64,000 nucleotides of DNA from Macrostomum hystrix (taxonomy: Eukaryota > Animalia > Platyhelminthes). Each line of letters starts with the position of its first letter. Within the stretch, counting starts at the first letter, position 1. Below are positions 24,201 to 39,200 of this stretch, piece after piece. The stretch covers positions 3,286,001 to 3,350,000 of the forward strand of contig CATNEN010000037.1 of assembly GCA_950097015.1 (NCBI GenBank), given 5' to 3'. Both the position numbers and the translations under genes were made by a program. Under the pieces are notes generated by a model, which was not told the origin of the DNA, made no database searches, and saw only the letters and a list, made by a program, of their open reading frames with translations.

Positions 24201-27200
24201 ACTAGAAAGCCAATCTTCAATGACCAATAGAAAGCCAATCTTCAATGACCAGTTGAAAACCAATCTTCAATGACCAATAGAAAGCCAATCTTCAATGACC
24301 ACTAGAAAGCCAATCTTCAATGACCAATAGAAAGCCAATCTTCAATGACCACTAGAAAGCCAATCTTCAATGACCAATAGAAAGCCAATCTTCAATGACC
24401 AGTTGAAAACCAATCTTCAATGACCAGTTGAAAACCAATCTTCAATGACCACTAGAAAGCCAATCTTCAATGACCAATAGAAAGCCAATCTTCAATGACC
24501 ACTAGAAAGCCAATCTTCAATGACCAATAGAAAGCCAATCTTCAATGACCAGTTGAAAACCAATCTTCAATGACCACTAGAAAGCCAATCTTCAATGACC
24601 ACTAGAAAGCCAATCTTCAATGACCAATAGTAAGCCAATCTTCAATGACCAATTGAAAACCAATCTTCAATGACCAGTTGAAAACCAATCTTCAATGACC
24701 ACTAGAAAGCCAATCTTCAATGACCAATAGAAAGCCAATCTTCAATGACCAGTTGAAAACCAATCTTCAATGACCAGTTGAAAACCAATCTTCAATGACC
24801 ACTAGAAAGCCAATCTTCAATGACCAATAGAAAGCCAATCTTCAATGACCACTAGAAAGCCAATCTTCAATGACCAATAGAAAGCCAATCTTCAATGACC
24901 AATAGAAAGCCAATCTTCAATGACCAGTTGAAAACCAATCTTCAATGACCAATAGAAAGCCAATCTTCAATGACCACTAGAAAGCCAATCTTCAATGACC
25001 ACTAGAAAGCCAATCTTCAATGACCAATAGAAAGCCAATCTTCAATGACCAGTTGAAAACCAATCTTCAATGACCAATAGAAAGCCAATATTCAATGACC
25101 ACTAGAAAGCCAATCTTCAATGACCAATAGAAAGCCAATCTTCAATGACCAATAGAAAGCCAATCTTCAATGACCAGTTGAAAACCAATCTTCAATGACC
25201 AATAGAAAGCCAATCTTCAATGACCAGTTGAAAACCAATCTTCAATGACCAGTTGAAAACCAATCTTCAATGACCAATAGAAAGCCAATCTTCAATGACC
25301 AATAGAAAGCCAATCTTCAATGACCAGTTGAAAACCAATCTTCAATGACCACTAGAAAGCCAATCTTCAATGACCAATAGAAAGCCAATCTTCAATGACC
25401 AGTTGAAAACCAATCTTCAATGACCAGTTGAAAACCAATCTTCAATGACCACTAGAAAAGCCATCTTCAATGACCAGTTGAAAACCAATCTTCAATGACC
25501 ACTAGAAAGCCAATCTTCAATGACCAATAGAAAGCCAATCTTCAATGACCAATAGAAAGCCAATCTTCAATGACCAGTTGAAAACCAATCTTCAATGACC
25601 ACTAGAAAGCCAATCTTCAATGACCAATAGAAAGCCAATCTTCAATGACCACTAGAAAGCCAATCTTCAATGACCACTAGAAAACCAATCTTCAATGACC
25701 AGTTGAAAACCAATCTTCAATGACCACTAGAAAGCCAATCTTCAATGACCAATAGAAAGCCAATCTTCAATGACCACTAGAAAGCCAATCTTCAATGACC
25801 AATAGAAAGCCAATCTTCAATGACCAGTTGAAAACCAATCTTCAATGACCACTAGAAAGCCAATCTTCAATGACCAATAGAAAGCCAATCTTCAATGACC
25901 AGTTGAAAAACAATCTTCAATGACCAGTTGAAAACCAATCTTCAATGACCACTAGAAAGCCAATCTTCAATGACCAAAAGAAAGCCAATCTTCAATGACC
26001 ACTAGAAAGCCAATCTTCAATGACCACTAGAAAGCCAATCTTCAATGACCAGTTGAAAACCAATCTTCAATGACCAATAGAAAGCCAATCTTCAATGACC
26101 AATAGAAAACCAATCTTCAATGACCAGTTGAAAACCAATCTTCAATGACCAATAGAAAGCCAATCTTCAATGACCAATAGAAAGCCAATCTTCAATGACC
26201 AGTTGAAAACCAATCTTCAATGACCAGTTGAAAACCAATCTTCAATGACCACTAGAAAGCCAATCTTCAATGACCAAAAGAAAGCCAATCTTCAATGACC
26301 ACTAGAAAGCCAATCTTCAATGACCAATAGAAAGCCAATCTTCAATGACCAATAGAAAGCCAATCTTCAATGACCAGTTGAAAACCAATCTTCAATGACC
26401 AATAGAAAGCCAATCTTCAATGACCACTAGAAAGCCAATCTTCAATGACCACTAGAAAGCCAATCTTCAATGACCAATAGAAAGCCAATCTTCAATGACC
26501 AGTTGAAAACCAATCTTCAATGACCAATAGAAAGCCAATCTTCAATGACCACTAGAAAGCCAATCTTCAATGACCAATAGAAAGCCAATCTTCAATGACC
26601 AATAGAAAGCCAATCTTCAATGACCAGTTGAAAACCAATCTTCAATGACCAATAGAAAGCCAATCTTCAATGACCAGTTGAAAACCAATCTTCAATGACC
26701 AGTTGAAAACCAATCTTCAATGACCAATAGAAAGCCAATCTTCAATGACCAATAGAAAGCCAATCTTCAATGACCAGTTGAAAACCAATCTTCAATGACC
26801 ACTAGAAAGCCAATCTTCAATGACCAATAGAAAGCCAATCTTCAATGACCAGTTGAAAAACCAATCTTCAATGACCAGTTGAAAACCAATCTTCAATGAC
26901 CACTAGAAAGCCAATCTTCAATGACCAGTTGAAAACCAATCTTCAATGACCACTAGAAAGCCAATCTTCAATGACCAATAGAAAGCCAATCTTCAATGAC
27001 CAATAGAAAGCCAATCTTCAATGACCAGTTGAAAACCAATCTTCAATGACCACTAGAAAGCCAATCTTCAATGACCAATAGAAAAGCCAATCTTCAATGA
27101 CCACTAGAAAGCCAATCTTCAATGACCACTAGAAAACCAATCTTCAATGACCAGTTGAAAACCAATCTTCAATGACCACTAGAAAGCCAATCTTCAATGA

Positions 27201-30200
27201 CCAATAGAAAAGCCAATCTTCAATGACCACTAGAAAGCCAATCTTCAATGACCAATAGAAAGCCAATCTTCAATGACCAGTTGAAAACCAATCTTCAATG
27301 ACCACTAGAAAGCCAATCTTCAATGACCAATAGAAAGCCAATCTTCAATGACCAGTTGAAAAACAATCTTCAATGACCAGTTGAAAACCAATCTTCAATG
27401 ACCACTAGAAAGCCAATCTTCAATGACCAAAAGAAAGCCAATCTTCAATGACCACTAGAAAGCCAATCTTCAATGACCACTAGAAAGCCAATCTTCAATG
27501 ACCAGTTGAAAACCAATCTTCAATGACCAATAGAAAGCCAATCTTCAATGACCAATAGAAAGCCAATCTTCAATGACCAGTTGAAAACCAATCTTCAATG
27601 ACCAATAGAAAGCCAATCTTCAATGACCAATAGAAAGCCAATCTTCAATGACCAGTTGAAAACCAATCTTCAATGACCAGTTGAAAACCAATCTTCAATG
27701 ACCACTAGAAAGCCAATCTTCAATGACCAGTTGAAAACCAATCTTCAATGACCACTAGAAAGCCAATCTTCAATGACCAATAGAAAGCCAATCTTCAATG
27801 ACCAATAGAAAGCCAATCTTCAATGACCAGTTGAAAACCAATCTTCAATGACCACTAGAAAGCCAATCTTCAATGACCAATAGAAAGCCAATCTTCAATG
27901 ACCACTAGAAAGCCAATCTTCAATGACCACTAGAAAACCAATCTTCAATGACCAGTTGAAAACCAATCTTCAATGACCACTAGAAAGCCAATCTTCAATG
28001 ACCAATAGAAAGCCAATCTTCAATGACCACTAGAAAGCCAATCTTCAATGACCAATAGAAAGCCAATCTTCAATGACCAGTTGAAAAACCAATCTTCAAT
28101 GACCACTAGAAAGCCAATCTTCAATGACCAATAGAAAGCCAATCTTCAATGACCAGTTGAAAACCAATCTTCAATGACCAATAGAAAGCCAATCTTCAAT
28201 GACCAATAGAAAGCCAATCTTCAATGACCAAAGAAAGCCAATCTTCAATGACCACTAGAAAGCCAATCTTCAATGACCACTAGAAAGCCAATCTTCAATG
28301 ACCAGTTGAAAAACAATCTTCAATGACCAGTTGAAAACCAATCTTCAATGACCACTAGAAAGCCAATCTTCAATGACCAAAAGAAAGCCAATCTTCAATG
28401 ACCACTAGAAAGCCAATCTTCAATGACCACTAGAAAGCCAATCTTCAATGACCAGTTGAAAACCAATCTTCAATGACCAATAGAAAGCCAATCTTCAATG
28501 ACCAATAGAAAGCCAATCTTCAATGACCAGTTGAAAACCAATCTTCAATGACCAATAGAAAGCCAATCTTCAATGACCAATAGAAAGCCAATCTTCAATG
28601 ACCAGTTGAAAACCAATCTTCAATGACCAGTTGAAAAACCAATCTTCAATGACCACTAGAAAGCCAATCTTCAATGACCAGTTGAAAACCAATCTTCAAT
28701 GACCACTAGAAAGCCAATCTTCAATGACCAATAGAAAGCCAATCTTCAATGACCAATAGAAAGCCAATCTTCAATGACCAGTTGAAAACCAATCTTCAAT
28801 GACCACTAGAAAGCCAATCTTCAATGACCAATAGAAAGCCAATCTTCAATGACCACTAGAAAGCCAATCTTCAATGACCACTAGAAAACCAATCTTCAAT
28901 GACCAGTTGAAAACCAATCTTCAATGACCACTAGAAAGCCAATCTTCAATGACCACTAGAAAGCCAATCTTCAATGACCACTAGAAAGCCAATCTTCAAT
29001 GACCAATAGAAAGCCAATCTTCAATGACCAGTTGAAAACCAATCTTCAATGACCAGTTGAAAACCAATCTTCAATGACCACTAGAAAGCCAATCTTCAAT
29101 GACCAATAGAAAGCCAATCTTCAATGACCACTAGAAAGCCAATCTTCAATGACCAATAGAAAGCCAATCTTCAATGACCAGTTGAAACCAATCTTCAATG
29201 ACCACTAGAAAGCCAATCTTCAATGACCAATAGAAAGCCAATCTTCAATGACCAGTTGAAAACCAATCTTCAATGACCAGTTGAAAACCAATCTTCAATG
29301 ACCACTAGAAAGCCAATCTTCAATGACCAATAGAAAGCCAATCTTCAATGACCAATAGAAAGCCAATCTTCAATGACCAATAGAAAGCCAATCTTCAATG
29401 ACCAGTTGAAAACCAATCTTCAATGACCACTAGAAAGCCAATCTTCAATGACCAATAGAAAGCCAATCTTCAATGACCAGTTCAAAGCCAATCTTCAATG
29501 ACCAGTTGAAAACCAATCTTCAATGACCACTAGAAAGCCAATCTTCAATGACCAATAGAAAGCCAATCTTCAATGACCACTAGAAAGCCAATCTTCAATG
29601 ACCAATAGAAAGCCAATCTTCAATGACCAGTTGAAAACCAATCTTCAATGACCAATAGAAAGCCAATCTTCAATGACCAATAGAAAGCCAATCTTCAATG
29701 ACCAGTTGAAAACCAATCTTCAATGACCAATAGAAAGCCAATCTTCAATGACCAGTTGAAAACCAATCTTCAATGACCAATAGAAAGCCAATCTTCAATG
29801 ACCACTAGAAAGCCAATCTTCAATGACCACTAGAAAGCCAATCTTCAATGACCAATAGAAAGCCAATCTTCAATGACCAGTTGAAAACCAATCTTCAATG
29901 ACCAATAGAAAGCCAATCTTCAATGACCACTAGAAAGCCAATCTTCAATGACCAATAGAAAGCCAATCTTCAATGACCACTAGAAAGCCAATCTTCAATG
30001 ACCAATAGAAAGCCAATCTTCAATGACCAGTTGAAAACCAATCTTCAATGACCAGTTGAAAACCAATCTTCAATGACCACTAGAAAGCCAATCTTCAATG
30101 ACCAATAGAAAGCCAATCTTCAATGACCACTAGAAAGCCAATCTTCAATGACCAATAGAAAGCCAATCTTCAATGACCAGTTGAAAACCAATCTTCAATG

Positions 30201-33200
30201 ACCACTAGAAAGCCAATCTTCAATGACCAATAGAAAGCCAATCTTCAATGACCAGTTGAAAACCAATCTTCAATGACCAGTTGAAAACCAATCTTCAATG
30301 ACCACTAGAAAGCCAATCTTCAATGACCAATAGAAAGCCAATCTTCAATGACCACTAGAAAGCCAATCTTCAATGACCAATAGAAAGCCAATCTTCAATG
30401 ACCAGTTGAAAACCAATCTTCAATGACCAATAGAAAGCCAATCTTCAATGACCAATAAAAAGCCAATCTTCAATGACCAGTTGAAAACCAATCTTCAATG
30501 ACCAGTTGAAAACCAATCTTCAATGACCAGTTGAAAAACCAATCTTCAATGACCAGTTGAAAACCAATCTTCAATGACCAGTTGAAAACCAATCTTCAAT
30601 GACCACTAGAAAGCCAATCTTCAATGACCAATAGAAAGCCAATCTTCAATGACCACTAGAAAGCCAATCTTCAATGACCAATAGAAAGCCAATCTTCAAT
30701 GACCAGTTGAAAACCAATCTTCAATGACCAATAGAAAGCCAATCTTCAATGACCAATAGAAAGCCAATCTTCAATGACCAGTTGAAAACCAATCTTCAAT
30801 GACCAGTTGAAAACCAATCTTCAATGACCAGTTGAAAACCAATCTTCAATGACCAGTTGAAAACCAATCTTCAATGACCACTAGAAAGCCAATCTTCAAT
30901 GACCAATAGAAAGCCAATCTTCAATGACCAATAGAAAGCCAATCTTCAATGACCAGTTGAAAACCAATCTTCAATGACCACTAGAAAGCCAATCTTCAAT
31001 GACCAATAGAAAGCCAATCTTCAATGACCACTAGAAAGCCAATCTTCAATGACCACTAGAAAACCAATCTTCAATGACCAGTTGAAAACCAATCTTCAAT
31101 GACCACTAGAAAGCCAATCTTCAATGACCAATAGAAAGCCAATCTTCAATGACCACTAGAAAGCCAATCTTCAATGACCAATAGAAAGCCAATCTTCAAT
31201 GACCAGTTGAAAACCAATCTTCAATGACCAATAGAAAGCCAATCTTCAATGACCAATAGAAAGCCAATCTTCAATGACCAGTTGAAAACCAATCTTCAAT
31301 GACCAATAGAAAGCCAATCTTCAATGACCACTAGAAAGCCAATCTTCAATGACCACTAGAAAGCCAATCTTCAATGACCAATAGAAAGCCAATCTTCAAT
31401 GACCAGTTGAAAACCAATCTTCAATGACCAATAGAAAGCCAATCTTCAATGACCACTAGAAAGCCAATCTTCAATGACCAATAGAAAGCCAATCTTCAAT
31501 GACCAATAGAAAGCCAATCTTCAATGACCAGTTGAAAACCAATCTTCAATGACCAATAGAAAGCCAATCTTCAATGACCAGTTGAAAACCAATCTTCAAT
31601 GACCAGTTGAAAACCAATCTTCAATGACCAATAGAAAGCCAATCTTCAATGACCAATAGAAAGCCAATCTTCAATGACCAGTTGAAAACCAATCTTCAAT
31701 GACCACTAGAAAGCCAATCTTCAATGACCAATAGAAAGCCAATCTTCAATGACCAGTTGAAAACCAATCTTCAATGACCAGTTGAAAACCAATCTTCAAT
31801 GACCACTAGAAAGTCAATCTTCAATGAGCAATAGAAAGCCAATCTTCAATGACCAATAGAAAGCCAATCTTCAATGACCAATAGAAAGCCAATCTTCAAT
31901 GACCAATAGAAAGCCAATCTTCAATGAGCAATAGAAAGCCAATCTTCAATGACCAATAGAAAGCCAATCTTCAATGACCAGTTGAAAACCAATCTTCAAT
32001 GACCAGTTGAAAACCAATCTTCAATGACCAGTTGAAAACCAATCTTCAATGACCAGTTGAAAACCAATCTTCAATGACCAGTTGAAAACCAATCTTCAAT
32101 GACCACTAGAAAGCCAATCTTCAATGACCAATAGAAAGCCAATCTTCAATGACCACTAGAAAGTCAATCTTCAATGACCACTAGAAAGCCAATCTTCAAT
32201 GACCAATAGAAAGCCAATCTTCAATGACCACTAGAAAGCCAATCTTCAATGACCACTAGAAAGCCAATCTTCAATGACCAGTTGAAAACCAATCTTCAAT
32301 GACCACTAGAAAGCCAATCTTCAATGACCAATAGAAAGCCAATCTTCAATGACCACTAGAAAGCCAATCTTCAATGACCAGTAGAAAGCCAATCTTCAAT
32401 GACCAGTTGAAAACCAATCTTCAATGACCAATAGAAAGCCAATCTTCAATGACCAATAGAAAGCCAATCTTCAATGACCAGTTGAAAACCAATCTTCAAT
32501 GACCAATAGAAAGCCAATCTTCAATGACCACTAGAAAGCCAATCTTCAATGACCACTAGAAAGCCAATCTTCAATGACCAATAGAAAGCCAATCTTCAAT
32601 GACCAGTTGAAAACCAATCTTCAATGACCAATAGAAAGCCAATCTTCAATGACCACTAGAAAGCCAATCTTCAATGACCAATAGAAAGCCAATCTTCAAT
32701 GACCAATAGAAAGCCAATCTTCAATGACCAGTTGAAAACCAATCTTCAATGACCAATAGAAAGCCAATCTTCAATGACCAGTTGAAAACCAATCTTCAAT
32801 GACCAGTTGAAAACCAATCTTCAATGACCAATAGAAAGCCAATCTTCAATGACCAATAGAAAGCCAATCTTCAATGACCAGTTGAAAACCAATCTTCAAT
32901 GACCACTAGAAAGCCAATCTTCAATGACCAATAGAAAGCCAATCTTCAATGACCAGTTGAAAAACAATCTTCAATGACCAGTTGAAAACCAATCTTCAAT
33001 GACCACTAGAAAGCCAATCTTCAATGAGCAATAGAAAGCCAATCTTCAATGACCAATAGAAAGCCAATCTTCAATGACCAATAGAAAGCCAATCTTCAAT
33101 GACCAATAGAAAGCCAATCTTCAATGACCAATAGAAAGCCAATCTTCAATGACCAGTTGAAAACCAATCTTCAATGACCAATAGAAAGCCAATCTTCAAT

Positions 33201-36200
33201 GACCACTAGAAAGCCAATCTTCAATGACCAATAGAAAGCCAATCTTCAATGACCACTAGAAAGCCAATCTTCAATGACCAATAGAAAGCCAATCTTCAAT
33301 GACCAGTTGAAAACCAATCTTCAATGACCAGTTGAAAACCAATCTTCAATGACCACTAGAAAGCCAATCTTCAATGACCAATAGAAAGCCAATCTTCAAT
33401 GACCACTAGAAAGCCAATCTTCAATGACCAATAGAAAGCCAATCTTCAATGACCAGTTGAAAACCAATCTTCAATGACCACTAGAAAGCCAATCTTCAAT
33501 GACCAATTGAAAGCCAATCTTCAATGACCAGTTGAAAACCAATCTTCAATGACCAGTTGAAAACCAATCTTCAATGACCACTAGAAAGCCAATCTTCAAT
33601 GACCAATAGAAAGCCAATCTTCAATGACCACTAGAAAGCCAATCTTCAATGACCAATAGAAAGCCAATCTTCAATGACCAGTTGAAAACCAATCTTCAAT
33701 GACCAATAGAAAGCCAATCTTCAATGACCAATAGAAAGCCAATCTTCAATGACCAGTTGAAAACCAATCTTCAATGACCAGTTGAAAACCAATCTTCAAT
33801 GACCAGTTGAAAACCAATCTTCAATGACCAATAGAAAGCCAATCTTCAATGACCACTAGAAAGCCAATCTTCAATGACCACTAGAAAGCCAATCTTCAAT
33901 GACCAATAGAAAGCCAATCTTCAATGACCAGTTGAAAACCAATCTTCAATGACCAATAGAAAGCCAATCTTCAATGACCACTAGAAAGCCAATCTTCAAT
34001 GACCAATAGAAAGCCAATCTTCAATGACCAGTTGAAAACCAATCTTCAATGACCAGTTGAAAACCAATCTTCAATGACCACTAGAAAGCCAATCTTCAAT
34101 GACCAATAGAAAGCCAATCTTCAATGACCACTAGAAAGCCAATCTTCAATGACCAATAGAAAGTCAATCTTCAATGACCAATAGAAAGCCAATCTTCAAT
34201 GACCAGTTGAAAACCAATCTTCAATGACCAATAGAAAGCCAATCTTCAATGACCACTAGAAAGCCAATCTTCAATGACCACTAGAAAGCCAATCTTCAAT
34301 GACCAATAGAAAGCCAATCTTCAATGACCAGTTGAAAACCAATCTTCAATGACCAATAGAAAGCCAATCTTCAATGACCACTAGAAAGCCAATCTTCAAT
34401 GACCAATAGAAAGCCAATCTTCAATGACCAATAGAAAGCCAATCTTCAATGACCAGTTGAAAACCAATCTTCAATGACCAGTTGAAAACCAATCTTCAAT
34501 GACCAATAGAAAGCCAATCTTCAATGACCAATAGAAAGCCAATCTTCAATGACCAGTTGAAAACCATTCTTCAATGACCACTAGAAAGCCAATCTTCAAT
34601 GACCAATAGAAAGCCAATCTTCAATGACCAGTTGAAAACCAATCTTCAATGACCAGTTGAAAACCAATCTTCAATGACCACTAGAAAGCCAATCTTCAAT
34701 GACCACTAGAAAGCCAATCTTCAATGACCACTAGAAAGCCAATCTTCAATGACCACTAGAAAACCAATCTTCAATGACCAGTTGAAAACCAATCTTCAAT
34801 GACCACTAGAAAGCCAATCTTCAATGACCAATAGAAAGCCAATCTTCAATGACCACTAGAAAGCCATCTTCAATGACCAATAGAAAGCCAATCTTCAATG
34901 ACCAGTTGAAAACCAATCTTCAATGACCACTAGAAAGCCAATCTTCAATGACCAATAGAAAGCCAATCTTCAATGACCAGTTGAAAACCAATCTTCAATG
35001 ACCAATAGAAAGCCAATCTTCAATGACCACTAGAAAGCCAATCATCAATGACCACTAGAAAGCCAATCTTCAATGACCAATAGAAAGCCAATCTTCAATG
35101 ACCAGTTGAAAACCAATCTTCAATGACCAATAGAAAGCCAATCTTCAATGACCACTAGAAAGCCAATCTTCAATGACCAATAGAAAGCCAATCTTCAATG
35201 ACCACTAGAAAGCCAATCTTCAATGACCAATAGAAAGCCAATCTTCAATGACCAGTTGAAAAACCAATCTTCAATGACCAGTTGAAAACCAATCTTCAAT
35301 GACCACTAGAAAGCCAATCTTCAATGACCAATAGAAAGCCAATCTTCAATGACCACTAGAAAGCCAATCTTCAATGACCAATAGAAAGCCAATCTTCAAT
35401 GACCAGTTGAAAACCAATCTTCAATGACCACTAGAAAGCCAATCTTCAATGACCACTAGAAAGCCAATCTTCAATGACCAATAGAAAGCCAATCTTCAAT
35501 GACCAGTTGAAAACCAATCTTCAATGACCAATAGAAAGCCAATCTTCAATGACCACTAGAAAGCCAATCTTCAATGACCAATAGAAAGCCAATCTTCAAT
35601 GACCAGTTGAAAACCAATCTTCAATGACCAGTTGAAAACCAATCTTCAATGACCACTAGAAAGCCAATCTTCAATGACCAATAGAAAGCCAATCTTCAAT
35701 GACCACTAGAAAGCCAATCTTCAATGACCAATAGAAAGCCAATCTTCAATGACCAATAGAAAGCCAATCTTCAATGACCAGTTGAAAACCAATCTTCAAT
35801 GACCAATAGAAAGCCAATCTTCAATGACCACTAGAAAGCCAATCTTCAATGACCACTAGAAAGCCAATCTTCAATGACCAATAGAAAGCCAATCTTCAAT
35901 GACCAGTTGAAAACCAATCTTCAATGACCAATAGAAAGCCAATCTTCAATGACCACTAGAAAGCCAATCTTCAATGACCAATAGAAAGCCAATCTTCAAT
36001 GACCAATAGAAAGCCAATCTTCAATGACCAGTTGAAAACCAATCTTCAATGACCAATAGAAAGCCAATCTTCAATGACCAGTTGAAAACCAATCTTCAAT
36101 GACCAGTTGAAAACCAATCTTCAATGACCAATAGAAAGCCAATCTTCAATGACCAATAGAAAGCCAATCTTCAATGACCAGTTGAAAACCAATCTTCAAT

Positions 36201-39200
36201 GACCACTAGAAAGCCAATCTTCAATGACCAATAGAAAGCCAATCTTCAATGACCAGTTGAAAACCAATCTTCAATGACCAGTTGAAAACCAATCTTCAAT
36301 GACCACTAGAAAGCCAATCTTCAATGACCAGTTGAAAACCAATCTTCAATGACCACTAGAAAGCCAATCTTCAATGACCAATAGAAAGCCAATCTTCAAT
36401 GACCAATAGAAAGCCAATCTTCAATGACCAGTTTGAAAACCAATCTTCAATGACCACTAGAAAGCCAATCTTCAATGACCAATAGAAAGCCAATCTTCAA
36501 TGACCACTAGAAAGCCAATCTTCAATGACCACTAGAAAACCAATCTTCAATGACCAGTTGAAAACCAATCTTCAATGACCACTAGAAAGCCAATCTTCAA
36601 TGACCAATAGAAAGCCAATCTTCAATGACCACTAGAAAGCCAATCTTCAATGGACCAATAGAAAGCCAATCTTCAATGACCAGTTGAAAACCAATCTTCA
36701 ATGACCACTAGAAAGCCAATCTTCAATGACCAATAGAAAGCCAATCTTCAATGACCAGTTGAAAAACAATCTTCAATGACCAGTTGAAAACCAATCTTCA
36801 ATGACCACTAGAAAGCCAATCTTCAATGACCAAAAGAAAGCCAATCTTCAATGACCACTAGAAAGCCAATCTTCAATGACCACTAGAAAGCCAATCTTCA
36901 ATGACCAGTTGAAAAACCAATCTTCAATGACCAATAGAAAGCCAATCTTCAATGACCAATAGAAAGCCAATCTTCAATGACCAGTTGAAAACCAATCTTC
37001 AATGACCAATAGAAAGCCAATCTTCAATGACCAATAGAAAGCCAATCTTCAATGACCAGTTGAAAACCAATCTTCAATGACCAGTTGAAAACCAATCTTC
37101 AATGACCACTAGAAAGCCAATCTTCAATGACCAGTTGAAAACCAATCTTCAATGACCACTAGAAAGCCAATCTTCAATGACCAATAGAAAGCCAATCTTC
37201 AATGACCACTAGAAAGCCAATCTTCAATGACCAATAGAAAGTCAATCTTCAATGACCAATAGAAAGCCAATCTTCAATGACCAGTTGAAAACCAATCTTC
37301 AATGACCAATAGAAAGCCAATCTTCAATGACCACTAGAAAGCCAATCTTCAATGACCACTAGAAAGCCAATCTTCAATGACCAATAGAAAGCCAATCTTC
37401 AATGACCAGTTGAAAACCAATCTTCAATGACCAATAGAAAGCCAATCTTCAATGACCACTAGAAAGCCAATCTTCAATGACCAATAGAAAGCCAATCTTC
37501 AATGACCAATAGAAAGCCAATCTTCAATGACCAGTTGAAAACCAATCTTCAATGACCAGTTGAAAACCAATCTTCAATGACCAATAGAAAGCCAATCTTC
37601 AATGACCAATAGAAAGCCAATCTTCAATGACCAGTTGAAAACCATTCTTCAATGACCACTAGAAAGCCAATCTTCAATGACCAATAGAAAGCCAATCTTC
37701 AATGACCAGTTGAAAACCAATCTTCAATGACCAGTTGAAAACCAATCTTCAATGACCACTAGAAAGCCAATCTTCAATGACCACTAGAAAGCCAATCTTC
37801 AATGACCACTAGAAAGCCAATCTTCAATGACCACTAGAAAACCAATCTTCAATGACCAGTTGAAAACCAATTCTTCAATGACCACTAGAAAGCCAATCTT
37901 CAATGACCAATAGAAAGCCAATCTTCAATGACCACTAGAAAGCCAATCTTCAATGACCAATAGAAAGCCAATCTTCAATGACCAGTTGAAAACCAATCTT
38001 CAATGACCACTAGAAAGCCAATCTTCAATGACCAATAGAAAGCCAATCTTCAATGACCAGTTGAAAACCAATCTTCAATGACCAATAGAAAGCCAATCTT
38101 CAATGACCACTAGAAAGCCAATCATCAATGACCACTAGAAAGCCAATCTTCAATGACCAATAGAAAGCCAATCTTCAATGACCAGTTGAAAACCAATCTT
38201 CAATGACCAATAGAAAGCCAATCTTCAATGACCACTAGAAAGCCAATCTTCAATGACCAATAGAAAGCCAATCTTCAATGACCACTAGAAAGCCAATCTT
38301 CAATGACCAATAGAAAGCCAATCTTCAATGACCAGTTGAAAACCAATCTTCAATGACCAGTTGAAAACCAATCTTCAATGACCACTAGAAAGCCAATCTT
38401 CAATGACCAATAGAAAGCCAATCTTCAATGACCACTAGAAAGCCAATCTTCAATGACCAATAGAAAGCCAATCTTCAATGACCAGTTGAAAACCAATCTT
38501 CAATGACCACTAGAAAGCCAATCTTCAATGACCACTAGAAAGCCAATCTTCAATGACCAATAGAAAGCCAATCTTCAATGACCAGTTGAAAACCAATCTT
38601 CAATGACCAATAGAAAGCCAATCTTCAATGACCACTAGAAAGCCAATCTTCAATGACCAATAGAAAGCCAATCTTCAATGACCAGTTGAAAACCAATCTT
38701 CAATGACCAGTTGAAAACCAATCTTCAATGACCACTAGAAAGCCAATCTTCAATGACCAATAGAAAGCCAATCTTCAATGACCACTAGAAAGCCAATCTT
38801 CAATGACCAATAGAAAGCCAATCTTCAATGACCAATAGAAAGCCAATCTTCAATGACCAGTTGAAAACCAATCTTCAATGACCAATAGAAAGCCAATCTT
38901 CAATGACCACTAGAAAGCCAATCTTCAATGACCACTAGAAAGCCAATCTTCAATGACCAATAGAAAGCCAATCTTCAATGACCAGTTGAAAACCAATCTT
39001 CAATGACCAATAGAAAGCCAATCTTCAATGACCACTAGAAAGCCAATCTTCAATGACCAATAGAAAGCCAATCTTCAATGACCAATAGAAAGCCAATCTT
39101 CAATGACCAGTTGAAAACCAATCTTCAATGACCAATAGAAAGCCAATCTTCAATGACCAGTTTGAAAACCAATCTTCAATGACCAGTTGAAAACCAATCT